The translations under genes were made by a program, and so were the position numbers. 64,000 nt of DNA from an uncultured Candidatus Saccharimonadales bacterium. GTDB taxonomy: Bacteria > Patescibacteriota > Saccharimonadia > UBA4664. Shown piece after piece: positions 40,772 to 50,819 of the stretch. The DNA lies in the NCBI GenBank assembly GCA_964467655.1, contig CAYXSN010000008.1:78-64077 (forward strand), in the 5' to 3' direction. Positions within the stretch are counted from its first letter, which is position 1. Every line of letters starts with the position of its first letter. A model generated the notes under the pieces. That model saw only the letters and a program-made list of their open reading frames with translations, made no database searches and was not told where the DNA came from.

Positions 40772-41281
40772 ATGACGTTCGGATTAACCCCTACTCAACT
40801 TTGGCACTTGCTCGCGGTCATCCCGCCGTTGGTATTGTGGTGGCTTGCTTTGCCTTGGGCTAAGCACCGACATATAACGCGTTGGCACAACGCTTCACTG
40901 GGTGTTTCGTTTTGGGAAGAAGTATTATTCCGTGGTCTAATATATGGCCTCTTACTCTGGATGACGAACAGCCCTCTCGCCGCAATTGTTATATCATCGT
41001 TGCTCTTCGGCCTGTTCCACTTGCGCAATCTGTGGTGGGCCGACAGGCGTCACGTTGCCCTAAACTGCCTTTACACTGGTCTTATTGTCGGGCCTATTTT
41101 CGCGCTCGTCCGTTTCTGGAGTGGTGATATCTATCTCGGGGTCCTCGTTCATTTCCTACATAACTTCATCAACATGCGCCTGGCTCACAACACACCAACT
41201 GACGAATTCCTCGCATCAAAACGGCCCAATCAGAATTGGTTCGAGCGCTTCTTTGCCGGTGACTGGCCGCGCCAGAACTGA
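40772..41281 (+). CDS. CPBP/CAAX (Abi) intramembrane metalloprotease
   Basis: EEVLFRG, F.LFH, H..HN motifs. Confidence 0.9.
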   Translation: MTFGLTPTQLWHLLAVIPPLVLWWLALPWAKHRHITRWHNASLGVSFWEEVLFRGLIYGLLLWMTNSPLAAIVISSLLFGLFHLRNLWWADRRHVALNCLYTGLIVGPIFALVRFWSGDIYLGVLVHFLHNFINMRLAHNTPTDEFLASKRPNQNWFERFFAGDWPRQN

Positions 41282-41400
41282 TTTAGACCTAATATCATTC
41301 ACCATCAGGCAAATCTGGGCATAACATGCGAAGCCAAAGGTCTTCTCCATCAGCTCAAGCCAATTCTTGGCTCATTACACGAGTTCAGCGCTTGAAGTGT

Positions 41401-41430
41401 GGTTCTAATGCCCTCCAAGATCCGGCCCCA
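41401..41430 (+). repeat. att-like site 3
   Basis: GGTTCTA-N20-CCA (...GATCCGGCCCCA) then hairpin AAAGAGGCT/GGTCTCTTT plus T tract. Confidence 0.8.
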
Positions 41431-41485
41431 TAACGCTTATGTTTAAAGAGGCTCCATGGTCTCTTTTTGCTATATACTAAAAAAC

Positions 41486-41818
41486 ATGAGTAAACGTAAT
41501 TGGCTTTCCTCCATAAGGCTTGGGTATTGGCCAGTGGCGGTTTGTGCCATTGTGCTTATAGCTGAAATAGCTATCGAGCTATATCCCGAGGCAGTTCAGA
41601 ATTGGTACTACTACAACACATCCGTGAGTGGGCTAGACGAAATATTTGTGGTACTCAACCTGATGGTTAAATTAGCTGTGGTCCAAGTCCTAATGGTACT
41701 CTTGGCCTGGCTTGGACCCGGTGTTAAAAACCGAAAGCTATCAATTGCGCTGTGCAGCTCCATGATTGTTACTGAAATCATTTTCGCGACCGTAGTTTAT
41801 CATTTCCGCGGATACTAG
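41486..41818 (+). CDS. Three-TM hypothetical cassette protein
   Basis: Low-GC ORF MSKRNW... between att-like sites 3 and 4. Confidence 0.6.
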   Translation: MSKRNWLSSIRLGYWPVAVCAIVLIAEIAIELYPEAVQNWYYYNTSVSGLDEIFVVLNLMVKLAVVQVLMVLLAWLGPGVKNRKLSIALCSSMIVTEIIFATVVYHFRGY

Positions 41819-41839
41819 CATTGCCGTAAGCGCAACTGT

Positions 41840-41878
41840 AGTTTTTTATGCCCTCAACGATCCGACCCCAGGAATTAT
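41840..41878 (+). repeat. att-like site 4
   Basis: ATGCCCTCAACGATCCGACCCCAGGAATTAT, arm similar to site 3 with degenerate motif; followed by AAAGACCC-GAAA-GGGTCTTTTT. Confidence 0.8.
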
Positions 41879-41907
41879 GCCCGAAAGACCCGAAAGGGTC
41901 TTTTTGC

Positions 41908-42030
41908 TATGCTCAAGTTGTACTGACAGTCTTTCTAAGTTATTTCATCTTGAACGAGAAGGGGCATGTAATAAGGAAGATAGGCGCTGCCGTGATGGTA
42001 GTTTTGGCCGCCATCTTAATCAAAAGTTAG
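41908..42030 (+). pseudogene. C-terminal fragment of an EamA/DMT transporter
   Basis: QVVLTVFLSYFILNEK....KIGAAVMV resembles the last helices of EamA. Confidence 0.55.
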
Positions 42031-42068
42031 TTTACTCCCTACCAACCAAAACAACGTATAATCCTGGC

Positions 42069-42551
42069 ATGATCAGCCTAGCCAACTATTTCCACTACCC
42101 AAATATTCAGCTTGTTCGTATCAAAGCTGCCGACATTTCAGAGACCGTGGCCCTCATCAATAAAGCCTACGCCTATCAGGACGTGTACAAGCAGGCGCCA
42201 CGCACCAACCCTGAGCATTTGAGCAAAAACGCTACCGATAACGAGTTTTACATCGCAAAGCAGGGCGACGAGATTGTTGGCTGCCTGTATACCAAAAGAG
42301 GAGTTCACTCGGTGCATTTCGGGCTGCTAACCGTCGCCGATGAGTTTAGAGGTAAGGGGCTCGGGCCTGCTTTGATTGAAGCTGTCGAAGCCTTTGCTCA
42401 ACATACTGGCGCCAGAAACGTCGAGCTTGATTATATGTCGGCAGCGCCCTGGCTCAAGCCATACTACGAAAAGTACGGCTACGTTGAAACTGGTGAAATT
42501 ACCAATTGGGGAACGATTGATTTAATTCGCATGTCAAAGCCGCTGCTCTAA
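42069..42551 (+). CDS. GNAT N-acetyltransferase
   Basis: LTVADEFRGKGLG, YYEKYGY. Confidence 0.9.
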   Translation: MISLANYFHYPNIQLVRIKAADISETVALINKAYAYQDVYKQAPRTNPEHLSKNATDNEFYIAKQGDEIVGCLYTKRGVHSVHFGLLTVADEFRGKGLGPALIEAVEAFAQHTGARNVELDYMSAAPWLKPYYEKYGYVETGEITNWGTIDLIRMSKPLL

Positions 42552-42596
42552 GTGAGAGCTGAGGGCAATGTATGAACCTACCAAAAGTCAGCTCAG

Positions 42597-43253
42597 CTAC
42601 AAGCTGCCGCGCTCAATGACTTCTTCATAATAGGCGCCGGTCTGGCCCTCAACGCGTTCAACAATGCGTTGCGCAACCTTCGCCGGATCGAGAAAGGTAT
42701 CGAAGTCCGCTGGTCGCTTGCCCTCCCAAAAAGGTGTCTGCATACCTCCAGGCATAAAAAGAGAGACTTTGACCTTGGCCCCAAGTCGCTCACTCTCAAG
42801 ACCGAGACTTCGAGTAAACCCGACCTGAGCATGTTTGGTGCCGGCATAAACGGCCTCATGAGTTCGGGGCTTTATGCCTGTGGTGGAGCTGACCACAACG
42901 AACCTGCCGACTTGCGCAGCGGTGAGCAGTCGTTGCCAAACGGCCTGAGCTGCCGGCAGCATGTGGCCAAAGTTGACGGCCGCCATGGTATCAGGAGACT
43001 CTTGAGCAGAGAAATCTCCAGTATAACCATAGCCTGAGATCCAATAAAAATTGAGTTCCTGAGCAACAAGGTCGCGGATGTACTGTGCCAACTTCAGGGC
43101 ATCGTCTGCTGACGCCAGATCGATCTTGAGTCCATTGCCGTGCTGTTGCTGCTTGTAGCTACGACCAATAACACACATTGTCTGGCCGTTGCGCTGTAAA
43201 ATATCGGCTATTTCACGGCCCAAACCATGTGTGCCACCGACAATAATATTCAT
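42597..43253 (-). CDS. SDR family oxidoreductase
   Basis: GGTHGLG, catalytic S, YAGTK. Confidence 0.9.
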   Translation of the reverse strand: MNIIVGGTHGLGREIADILQRNGQTMCVIGRSYKQQQHGNGLKIDLASADDALKLAQYIRDLVAQELNFYWISGYGYTGDFSAQESPDTMAAVNFGHMLPAAQAVWQRLLTAAQVGRFVVVSSTTGIKPRTHEAVYAGTKHAQVGFTRSLGLESERLGAKVKVSLFMPGGMQTPFWEGKRPADFDTFLDPAKVAQRIVERVEGQTGAYYEEVIERGSL

Positions 43254-43432
43254 GGTATAGAGTATAGCATCGACACCCGCATGAGCAGGCCGGTAAACAC
43301 CGCCACGGCAAACACAAACAAAATTGCATAATGACGGCGCACAAACCCGGCATCACCAAAGCGTCAACTGCCAGCTGGGGCACCGCAGTCGACGACTGAA
43401 ATGCCCCAATGCCCCGGATCTTTGACCTAGCG

Positions 43433-43975
43433 TCACTGATCCGGGGTTGTTTTTTCTAGCTTGTCCACAGTGACATGTCCGTCAGCCTGACTCACCACAT
43501 ACCCGGCCAGTGGCTCAATGGGTACACCCGGCAGACCTCGTTGGCTCATCGCCGGAACAATCGTAATGTCGTGCGATACCACGAGAGCCCATTGGCCGTC
43601 GGTCAGTTTTACCAAAAGCTCATCAATCAGGCTGTTGAGGTCTTTGGCTTGCTCGCCAATATCAGACAGCACCAAGGCGTCGTTGTAGATGTGGGCGGCC
43701 TCCAGAAACGATAAGCCTTTTTGGGCCGCTAATGCGTTGATGGTGTCGCTCACGTCTTGAGGCGCCATCGGGTAGCCCGCCCGTTCGTCAATCATGGGAT
43801 CTTGACCGCTGAGCAACTGAGCCGTCTGGATCGCCCGGGCATACCCGGAGGCTACCACCAATTCAAAATGGGGGAGTTGAGGCCGCAAAGCTGCCGCTGA
43901 CTGTTGGCCCTCATCCGTTAGGTTACCTGCAAAATCTTTGTGGCCATGACGCATTACATACACAGCTTTCATGTT
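43433..43975 (-). CDS. Histidine phosphatase family protein
   Basis: MRHG, RA.QTA, LVVSH. Confidence 0.88.
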   Translation of the reverse strand, partial: NMKAVYVMRHGHKDFAGNLTDEGQQSAAALRPQLPHFELVVASGYARAIQTAQLLSGQDPMIDERAGYPMAPQDVSDTINALAAQKGLSFLEAAHIYNDALVLSDIGEQAKDLNSLIDELLVKLTDGQWALVVSHDITIVPAMSQRGLPGVPIEPLAGYVVSQADGHVTVDKLEKTTPDQ

Positions 43976-44139
43976 CATCATCATAGCAGACGGCTCGCAT
44001 ACCGTTGGTAATCATGAGTCGTGAGTGATTAAATGAGACCACTACCCGCGAGTGAGGAAAGGTCTCGTTATGAAATTGACGCGTATCGAAACTGACAACT
44101 CAGGCAATAGATGGAATAAATAACCGCCTAGGTTTGACC

Positions 44140-44156
44140 TACAAGTATTACTTGTA
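44140..44156 (+). promoter_or_regulatory. Palindromic operator in the promoter spacer of the AbrB-MFS operon
   Basis: TACAAGTA-T-TACTTGTA between TTGACC (44134) and TACTAT (44158). Confidence 0.65.
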
Positions 44157-44170
44157 ATACTATGAACTTC

Positions 44171-44419
44171 ATGCATCAACCTCACGCCATGTACCGTCTG
44201 GCCGGCACCGTTAGTGTCGGACCCAAGGGTCAGGTTGTCATTCCAGCCGAGGTTCGCGAATGCATGAATATCAGGCCAGGGGACAAGCTCATCGCTCTGT
44301 ACATCACGGCCAAGAACGCTATAGCCTTCATCACCGAGGACCAGGCACAAAAGCTGGTGGAGCACCTAGGCGCGCAGGCAACCGGCCTATCCAAATTAAT
44401 TGATACTGACAAAAACTAA
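44171..44419 (+). CDS. AbrB/MazE/SpoVT family DNA-binding protein
   Basis: VGPKGQVVIPAEVRE...I.PGDKL. Confidence 0.9.
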   Translation: MHQPHAMYRLAGTVSVGPKGQVVIPAEVRECMNIRPGDKLIALYITAKNAIAFITEDQAQKLVEHLGAQATGLSKLIDTDKN

Positions 44420-44432
44420 ACGAGGGAAAACT

Positions 44433-46115
44433 ATGCTTCATCACATGTCACAGCGCGAAAAAATTATCGTCATGCTGGCCGTCATGAGTGGCTTATTTTT
44501 GGTCGCTCTCGATCAAACCATCATTGCCACCGCCCTCGGCAAAATCGTTGAGGAGTTCAAGAGTTTCTCGTCGCTCAGCTGGGTAGTAACCGCCTACCTA
44601 CTCACCACAACCGTCACCATTCCCATTGCCGGAAAGCTATCAGACCAGTTCGGCCGCCGTGTTGTACTCATGACAGGTGTTGCAGTGTTTACCGCAGGAT
44701 CGCTGCTGAGTGGAGCTTCGAGTAGTATCGAGCAACTCATTTGGGCCCGCGCCTTCCAGGGCCTCGGCGGTGGTATCATTACGGCCAACGCCTTTACGAT
44801 TATTGGCGACCTGTTTATGCCTCGTGAACGAGCTAAGTGGCAGGGGATGATTGCAGCTGTTTTTGGCCTAAGCTCACTGGTCGGGCCGTTATTAGGCGGC
44901 TTTCTGACCGATCCTCATCCGGTGCTTGGCCTGATCACCAACTGGCGCTGGACATTTTGGATCAACGTCCCCATTGGTATTGCCAGCTTTGCCGTTATCT
45001 CCATGTATGCGCCCAGTGTCCGCCGCTCCGAGAAGCCCAAAGTCGATTACCTTGGCGCCGGCCTCCTGGCAGTAGCTCTGGCCGCCTTGATTCTGGCTGT
45101 CGATAATACCGACAAGATCTTTGCCCCAATCATCGATGCCGGGTGGAACATCACAGGCATCAAAATCGCACTTTACGGCCTGTTTGTAGTCGCTTCTATT
45201 GGTTTCGTCTGGGCCGAAAAGCGGGCTGCCGAACCAATCATTCCTTTGCGCTTTTTCAAAAACCACAATTTCACCACGGTCATGGTGGCCGCCCTCTTGT
45301 TTGGTGCCGCCTTCTTGGGTGCCATATTGTACCTCACTCAATTTAACCAACAGGTCTTTGGGGCCAACGCGACAACTTCGGGTCTGATGATCTTGCCGAT
45401 GGTGGTTGGCCTGGCTTCCTGCGCCGCCATTACCGGTCAGTACGTCACTCGATCCGGCAAGTACAAATGGCCGATCGTGACAGGCTTTAGCGTGGCTACG
45501 GTAGCTGTCGGCCTATTGACCACCCTCACCCCTAGCTCACCCTACTGGCACGAGGCCATCCTTATGCTCATGGCCGGCGCGGGCCTGGGGGCGGGTATGC
45601 CCATTATGAACCTGGCGGTCCAGAACGAGTTCGAACAGCACGATCTGGGTGCGGCTACTTCTGCCAGCCAGCTTTTCCGGGGCCTGGGCTCTACCATCGG
45701 CACCGCAGTGTTTGGCAGTATCTTGGCCACCGGCATCACTACCCAGCTGGGCAACTTACAGGACAACGCCTACATTCAATCGTTACAACGCCAACCGGCC
45801 GCGGCCCAGTTATTGGGAGACCTCAACGCCGACACTGCCCTCAACCTCAACACTGCTGATGTCAAAAAAGCCGTTACAAATGGCGCCGCCCAGGCCTTGG
45901 CCAATGCTCCAGCGCCTGTCGCCGAACAAGCGCTCGCCAAACTCAAACAGCAACAAGATAGCTTTGCTCATGATGTTGTTGAAGCCTTCAGTCAGTCACT
46001 GCGGCCGGTCTTTGTGGCCGCGGCGGTCCTCATGTTGCTGGCAACACTGGCAGTTGCCCGCATCCGCGAAGGCAAATTGCGCAGCGGCCATGGTACTCCA
46101 GCCGAAATCAGTTAA
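44433..46115 (+). CDS. MFS drug:H+ antiporter (DHA2, EmrB/QacA-like)
   Basis: LDQTII..A, GKLSDQFGRR, WRWTFWINVP. Confidence 0.93.
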   Translation: MLHHMSQREKIIVMLAVMSGLFLVALDQTIIATALGKIVEEFKSFSSLSWVVTAYLLTTTVTIPIAGKLSDQFGRRVVLMTGVAVFTAGSLLSGASSSIEQLIWARAFQGLGGGIITANAFTIIGDLFMPRERAKWQGMIAAVFGLSSLVGPLLGGFLTDPHPVLGLITNWRWTFWINVPIGIASFAVISMYAPSVRRSEKPKVDYLGAGLLAVALAALILAVDNTDKIFAPIIDAGWNITGIKIALYGLFVVASIGFVWAEKRAAEPIIPLRFFKNHNFTTVMVAALLFGAAFLGAILYLTQFNQQVFGANATTSGLMILPMVVGLASCAAITGQYVTRSGKYKWPIVTGFSVATVAVGLLTTLTPSSPYWHEAILMLMAGAGLGAGMPIMNLAVQNEFEQHDLGAATSASQLFRGLGSTIGTAVFGSILATGITTQLGNLQDNAYIQSLQRQPAAAQLLGDLNADTALNLNTADVKKAVTNGAAQALANAPAPVAEQALAKLKQQQDSFAHDVVEAFSQSLRPVFVAAAVLMLLATLAVARIREGKLRSGHGTPAEIS

Positions 46116-46125
46116 GATATAACTC

Positions 46126-47097
46126 ATGAAAATGGATCAAGCTGGCCAGTTTGCGCCGACCCCTGAAAGTATCCAGGCTATCCTAACTGAATACAACTTG
46201 ACCCTCGGTCAATTTGAGCCAGCCATGAGCGGCATCGAAAATACGACCCTCTTGGTGGTCGCGCTGGCGCAGCAGTTTGTCCTCAGGGTGTACCGCCATC
46301 GTCGCAAGTCTGATGCCATGATTCGCCGTGAACTAGCCTTCATCAAATATCTGGCGGCAGCAGGTCTTCCGACAGTGCCCGCCATCGTCAATCGCGCCGG
46401 CCAAAGCTACACGAGATACGGCAAGTGGCGCGCCATCCTCATGCCGTTCCGGCCAGGCTATCACCCCTCGCACTACACAGCGGCACTTGTCAGTCAAATG
46501 GCTCAGACTCAAGCCACCATGCACCAGCTGGCGGCTCGCTTTGGCCGGCCGCCCCTCTGGGAGCTGCCGTTATTCAAATTGAAAGAAACCTACTTTCATC
46601 AACACATTGATCGGCGGCAAGACCTCAAGCCGGCTGTGAAAGATTTTTTGGACCGGGTGAAAAGCTTCAATTATCGACTCGATCATGGTTTACCCAAGGG
46701 GTATTGTCACCTCGACTTTAGCGCCGGTAACGTGCTAGTCGGTGGTAGCGGCGAGCTCGCTGCCATTCTGGATTTTGATGATTTGGCCCATGCACCATAT
46801 GTAGTCTGTCTGGGCTACACCTTATGGAGCCTATACCAGCAGGAAGACCCGCGCCTGTTTGCCCAATACCTGGAAGCGTATCAGGCAGTCAGGCCATTGA
46901 GTCAGGTCGAGCTGGCCAGCTTGCCGGCCGTCATGCTGTTTCGACATTATACGGTAGGTGCCATGAAGATTCTTGAGGGGACTATGGATGACCAGAAGAT
47001 TGGGCACTACGTCAGACTTGAGTCGCAGCTGGCTCGAGAATGCTACACTGAAAGCCTAACCTGTGAGAGGACGAACTATGGCTCAATCCACGACTGA
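46126..47097 (+). CDS. Homoserine kinase type II-like phosphotransferase
   Basis: GIENT, HLDF..GNVL, ILDFDD. Confidence 0.8.
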   Translation: MKMDQAGQFAPTPESIQAILTEYNLTLGQFEPAMSGIENTTLLVVALAQQFVLRVYRHRRKSDAMIRRELAFIKYLAAAGLPTVPAIVNRAGQSYTRYGKWRAILMPFRPGYHPSHYTAALVSQMAQTQATMHQLAARFGRPPLWELPLFKLKETYFHQHIDRRQDLKPAVKDFLDRVKSFNYRLDHGLPKGYCHLDFSAGNVLVGGSGELAAILDFDDLAHAPYVVCLGYTLWSLYQQEDPRLFAQYLEAYQAVRPLSQVELASLPAVMLFRHYTVGAMKILEGTMDDQKIGHYVRLESQLARECYTESLTCERTNYGSIHD

Positions 47098-47557
47098 CAC
47101 TGTTTTCGACAAAATTGTCCGCGGCGATATACCGTCGTTTAAGGTTTGGGAATCAGCTACGCACCTTGCCTTTTTAACGCCATTTCCGAATACGCCAGGT
47201 TTTACCGTGGTGATTCCCAAAACTAACCAGGGCGACGACGTTTTTGAACTCGATGACATAGCCTATCAAGGCCTAATGTTGGCCGCCAAAACGGTTGCAG
47301 CCAAGCTCAAAAAAGCCTTGGGCGTAGCAAGAGTCGGGCTTGTATACGAGGGCACGGGCATACCATATGTTCATGCCAAGCTCATCCCGATGCATGGCGA
47401 CCTGGCAACCCAAACCGGTGTCTGGAGTAAGCACCAGGAATTTTATCCTGAATACGCGGGATACCTCACAACGGTCGAGGGGCCGAGGATGAGTGACGAC
47501 GAACTCAGGGCACTGCAAGAGCGAATATGCGGTGTGGTACCGTCTTCTGTGGACTAA
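47078..47557 (+). CDS. HIT family protein (variant triad)
   Basis: FDKIV.G.IP, AFL..FP, VHAKLIPMHG. Confidence 0.85.
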   Translation: MAQSTTDTVFDKIVRGDIPSFKVWESATHLAFLTPFPNTPGFTVVIPKTNQGDDVFELDDIAYQGLMLAAKTVAAKLKKALGVARVGLVYEGTGIPYVHAKLIPMHGDLATQTGVWSKHQEFYPEYAGYLTTVEGPRMSDDELRALQERICGVVPSSVD

Positions 47558-47712
47558 GTTTCAAACCTTGCAGCAAAACTAGGCATAGACATCGTCACTT
47601 GGGTGACGGCTATTGACAAAGCCATACTTATTATAGTATGGTATTATTCGTCACAATCAAGTGGCCTGCGGCCATGCGCTGACATGGAGAGTCTCGGAAA
47701 GGTAGATGAATC

Positions 47713-48150
47713 ATGGCAGGTCTCGTATTCCTGGGCGGCACAGCGGCCAACAACCCCTGGCGCGACGGACTGATCAAGCGACTGGCTGCGCGCGGAGTAC
47801 CCCTTGAGTGTCTGTTCAACCCGGTGGTGCCCGACTGGAATGAGGCAGCGCGGATCGCTGAGGAGAACGCCAAGAAGGCTGCAACCGTGATGTTCTTCTG
47901 CATCGCCGACCCGCGGCAGGAGGGCAACCCCCTCTCGGCCTACTCCATGCTCGAGGTCACCATGGCGTTGTACGACCGTCCTGGGGTGACCGCAGTGGTG
48001 TTCGACACCACTGGCATGGTCGGGCATCCGCTCAAGGCTATGAACCAGGCCTTGAGGGCGCTCAAGGGCCGGTTCCCTGACGCCAACATCTTCAGCAGCA
48101 TGCAGGAAGCCGAAAACTGGCTGGTGGAGAAGCTGGCGAGCAGCGTCTGA
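47713..48150 (+). CDS. Nucleoside 2-deoxyribosyltransferase-like protein
   Basis: VFLGGT....WRD, FNP.V.DW, YS..E motifs. Confidence 0.75.
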   Translation: MAGLVFLGGTAANNPWRDGLIKRLAARGVPLECLFNPVVPDWNEAARIAEENAKKAATVMFFCIADPRQEGNPLSAYSMLEVTMALYDRPGVTAVVFDTTGMVGHPLKAMNQALRALKGRFPDANIFSSMQEAENWLVEKLASSV

Positions 48151-48200
48151 GCAGCGTCTGAGCAGCGGCTCAAGGCGCTGACTTCAGACAACCTCATCTC

Positions 48201-48234
48201 AAGGGCCCGCGACAGCATTTTGTCGCGGGCCCTT
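48201..48234. terminator. Terminator hairpin between convergent genes
   Basis: AAGGGCCCGCGACA / TGTCGCGGGCCCTT. Confidence 0.75.
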
Positions 48235-48243
48235 CACTATTTA

Positions 48244-48930
48244 TTACCCCATCCACGGGGAGTCAAGCGCCTGTGGCACCCGCTGCTTAAACCGGAACAG
48301 TTGGGCTGGGCGATGCCTCCCGCCGCGCACCAGATCGCCTGTCGGTTCGACAAAACCCAGTGACAAATACTTTTTGCGGAAATTACGCTTGTCCACGGCC
48401 GCCCCAAACGCCACTTCATATACCGTCTGCAGATCACTAAACACAAATACTTCAGGGAGCAATGAATAGGCCGCGTTCGTGTAGGTCAGCTTCGACCGCA
48501 GCCGCTCAACCGCCACAGCAATAATCTCAGTGTGGTCAAACCCCAATGCCGGTAGTTCACTCACTGGTACAAACTCCACCTCAGCGGCTGGCTGCAGCTG
48601 GCTGGGAGCCGCCAGCGCTAGGTACGCAACACTAGTTACTCGACCGCGCGGATCGCGGTCAAGTGCGTCAAAGGTAGCCAGTTGCTCCAGAAACATACCA
48701 GATATTCCGGCTTTAGCTGACAGTAAACGTTCGGCACTCCGGCGAAACGTCTCACCGTCCCAGACAAAGCCTCCAGGTAAAACGAGGCTGCCAGTGAAAG
48801 GTTCGGCAGTACGCGGGATCAGCATAACTCGCAATTGACTATCAATAATCGTCAGTAACACCACGTCAGTAGTAAGCCTGATGGTAGCTAACCCGGGGCG
48901 TTCTGTAGAGGGCGTAATTGGTGGTTGCAT
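48244..48930 (-). CDS. nrtR: NrtR-family NUDIX-wHTH transcriptional regulator
   Basis: LPGGF, EQL.TF...RDPR.R, L.FDH..I, DKRNFRKK, RPA.LF. Confidence 0.9.
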   Translation of the reverse strand: MQPPITPSTERPGLATIRLTTDVVLLTIIDSQLRVMLIPRTAEPFTGSLVLPGGFVWDGETFRRSAERLLSAKAGISGMFLEQLATFDALDRDPRGRVTSVAYLALAAPSQLQPAAEVEFVPVSELPALGFDHTEIIAVAVERLRSKLTYTNAAYSLLPEVFVFSDLQTVYEVAFGAAVDKRNFRKKYLSLGFVEPTGDLVRGGRHRPAQLFRFKQRVPQALDSPWMG

Positions 48931-48950
48931 ACAAGAAATTATATCAAAAA

Positions 48951-49035
48951 GTGTAAAAAATACACAATACCCCTTGACAAAGTGTAATGCAAACACTAAG
49001 TTGAGAGTATGGTTTGTGTGTGAATAACACAAACC
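48951..49035. promoter_or_regulatory. Three NrtR boxes overlapping a sigma70 promoter
   Basis: GTGT-N7-ACAC at 48951, 48982 and 49016; TTGACA (48974)-17-TAAGTT. Confidence 0.85.
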
Positions 49036-49071
49036 TGATCCTGAACAACCCACATCTCAAAGGAGCTAACC

Positions 49072-49926
49072 ATGACCACACGTGTGCATCTGGTGATCGT
49101 CGATCCCCAGGTTGACTTCATGGATACGCCCGGATCGGCATTGCCAGTTCCGGGTGCCACAGCCGACATGCAGCGGTTGGCCGCAATGGTACGCCGGCTC
49201 GGCGGCAGACTTGACGACATTCATGTCACCCTCGATAGCCACCATCTGGTGGACGTCGGGCACCCTGCCCTGTGGCGCAACGGCACTGACGGTACGCCGC
49301 CACCGCCGTTCACAGTCATCAGGGCGGATGACCTGCGCCATCGGCTGTGGGTGCCTCGCTTCGAGACCGCCAAGCCTCCGGCGCTCGATGGTCAAACAGT
49401 TGGCCAGTATCTGCTGAGCTACGCTGATACCCTCGAAGCCCAAGGTCGCCATCTCCTGATGGTCTGGCCGACGCACTGCCTCATTGGGAGTCCCGGTCAC
49501 AGCGTCCAGCTCGACTTGGCTCAGGCACTCAACGACTGGGCCGACGCACAATTCGCCAACATCGACTGGGTCGTCAAGGGTACCAATCCATGGACAGAGC
49601 ACTACGGTGCCGTGCATGCGGAAGTGCCCATGCCCACAGACCCGTCAACCGCTCTCAACACCCGCTTCCTCGAAGTGTTGGAGGCAGCCGATCTGGTGGT
49701 ATTCGCCGGTGAGGCACTGTCTCACTGCGTGCGTGAAACCGTCAGGCAAGTGGCCGATAATCTCGGCGACAAGGCTGTACAAAAGCTGCACCTAGTGACC
49801 GACTGCACTTCAAGCATTCCTGCCACCCCCGGCGGGCCCGACTTCCCGGCCATGACCCAAGATTGGCTGGACGACATGACAGCTCGGGGCTTGCAGTTGA
49901 CCACTTCCGAGGCATTTCTGGCCTAA
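49072..49926 (+). CDS. Nicotinamidase/isochorismatase-like cysteine hydrolase
   Basis: IVDPQVDF, LDSH, WPTHC, KG, GEALSHCV. Confidence 0.88.
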   Translation: MTTRVHLVIVDPQVDFMDTPGSALPVPGATADMQRLAAMVRRLGGRLDDIHVTLDSHHLVDVGHPALWRNGTDGTPPPPFTVIRADDLRHRLWVPRFETAKPPALDGQTVGQYLLSYADTLEAQGRHLLMVWPTHCLIGSPGHSVQLDLAQALNDWADAQFANIDWVVKGTNPWTEHYGAVHAEVPMPTDPSTALNTRFLEVLEAADLVVFAGEALSHCVRETVRQVADNLGDKAVQKLHLVTDCTSSIPATPGGPDFPAMTQDWLDDMTARGLQLTTSEAFLA

Positions 49927-49955
49927 ACCTACCCGATCGAAAGGACGTGCTCATC

Positions 49956-50738
49956 ATGCCAAAGCTCACCCCTGACCCCGGCGACGCCGGTCTGCAGGCC
50001 CACACGATTCCCGGTTCCACCTTTGGTTTCACTGCTGCCCGCATCGGCGACCTTGGCGCCACCGAGTACACGCTGGCCACCATCGTGGTGGATGTCACAG
50101 GCTCGACCGAGGGCTTCACCGACGACTTGCGGCGTATGCTGGAGGCCACAATCGAGGCGTGCCAGCGCTCGCCCCGACGGGAGCACTTGCTGGTGCGAGT
50201 GGTGTTGTTTTCAACTCGCTTTCAGGGTCACATTCAGGAGCTACACGGTTTCAAGCCGTTGGCCGACATCGACCCTGCTGGTTACCCGCGGTTGGTGGCC
50301 GGCGGCGCCACCCCGCTATGGGACGCCACCTATGATGCTGTTGGTGCGGTAGCTGAGTACGGCCGCCAACTGACGGAAGCCGACTATGGCACCAATGCCA
50401 TAGTCTTCGTCATCACCGACGGCCAGGAAGGTGACGGCTGGGGGAAGCCGGTGTCAGTCATGCGACCGGCGAATATTGCCCAGCAGTTGCGCGATATCGT
50501 CGCCAAGGAGTGGCTCGAGTCGGTAGTAACAGTGCTCATTGGCATCAATGCTACTGACTGCCGAAACGCGTTGGAGCGCTTCCAGCAGGACGCCGGCTTC
50601 ACCCAGTACACCGATGTGGCCGATGCTACTTCGGCCAACCTGGCCAAGCTGGCGGCCTTCGTCAGCCAGTCGATCGTCAGCCAGAGTCAGGCTCTCGGTA
50701 CCGGCGGGCCGTCGCAGGCCATCTCGGCTACCATCTGA
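49956..50738 (+). CDS. vWA-domain protein (TerY-like)
   Basis: MIDAS DVTGS, GGATPL, VITDG; ends SQS..SQSQALGTGG. Confidence 0.85.
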   Translation: MPKLTPDPGDAGLQAHTIPGSTFGFTAARIGDLGATEYTLATIVVDVTGSTEGFTDDLRRMLEATIEACQRSPRREHLLVRVVLFSTRFQGHIQELHGFKPLADIDPAGYPRLVAGGATPLWDATYDAVGAVAEYGRQLTEADYGTNAIVFVITDGQEGDGWGKPVSVMRPANIAQQLRDIVAKEWLESVVTVLIGINATDCRNALERFQQDAGFTQYTDVADATSANLAKLAAFVSQSIVSQSQALGTGGPSQAISATI

Positions 50739-50764
50739 ACCGCGACGCTAGGCGTCCAACCAAT

Positions 50765-50800
50765 GGGGTGGTGAGGCAAGCATACTTGTCTCACCACCCC
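50765..50800 (+). terminator. Intra-operon hairpin
   Basis: GGGGTGGTGAGGCAAG / CTTGTCTCACCACCCC. Confidence 0.6.
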
Positions 50801-50819
50801 CTTCTCATTTGGAGGTATC

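Noticed and set aside
39843-41878. Repeats as a CRISPR array or classical integron attC sites
   Set aside because: Spacing is gene-sized and the repeats diverge. There is no cas or intI gene and no RYYYAAC...GTTRRRY attC palindrome.
47535-47568. Possible fifth att-like site on the minus strand (GGTTTGA...CCA)
   Set aside because: The spacer is 23 nt rather than 20, the arm is dissimilar and it overlaps the HIT stop.
48138-48167. 11-bp tandem repeat GAGCAGCGTCT
   Set aside because: About 2.6 copies at a stop codon; most likely a local slippage duplication.
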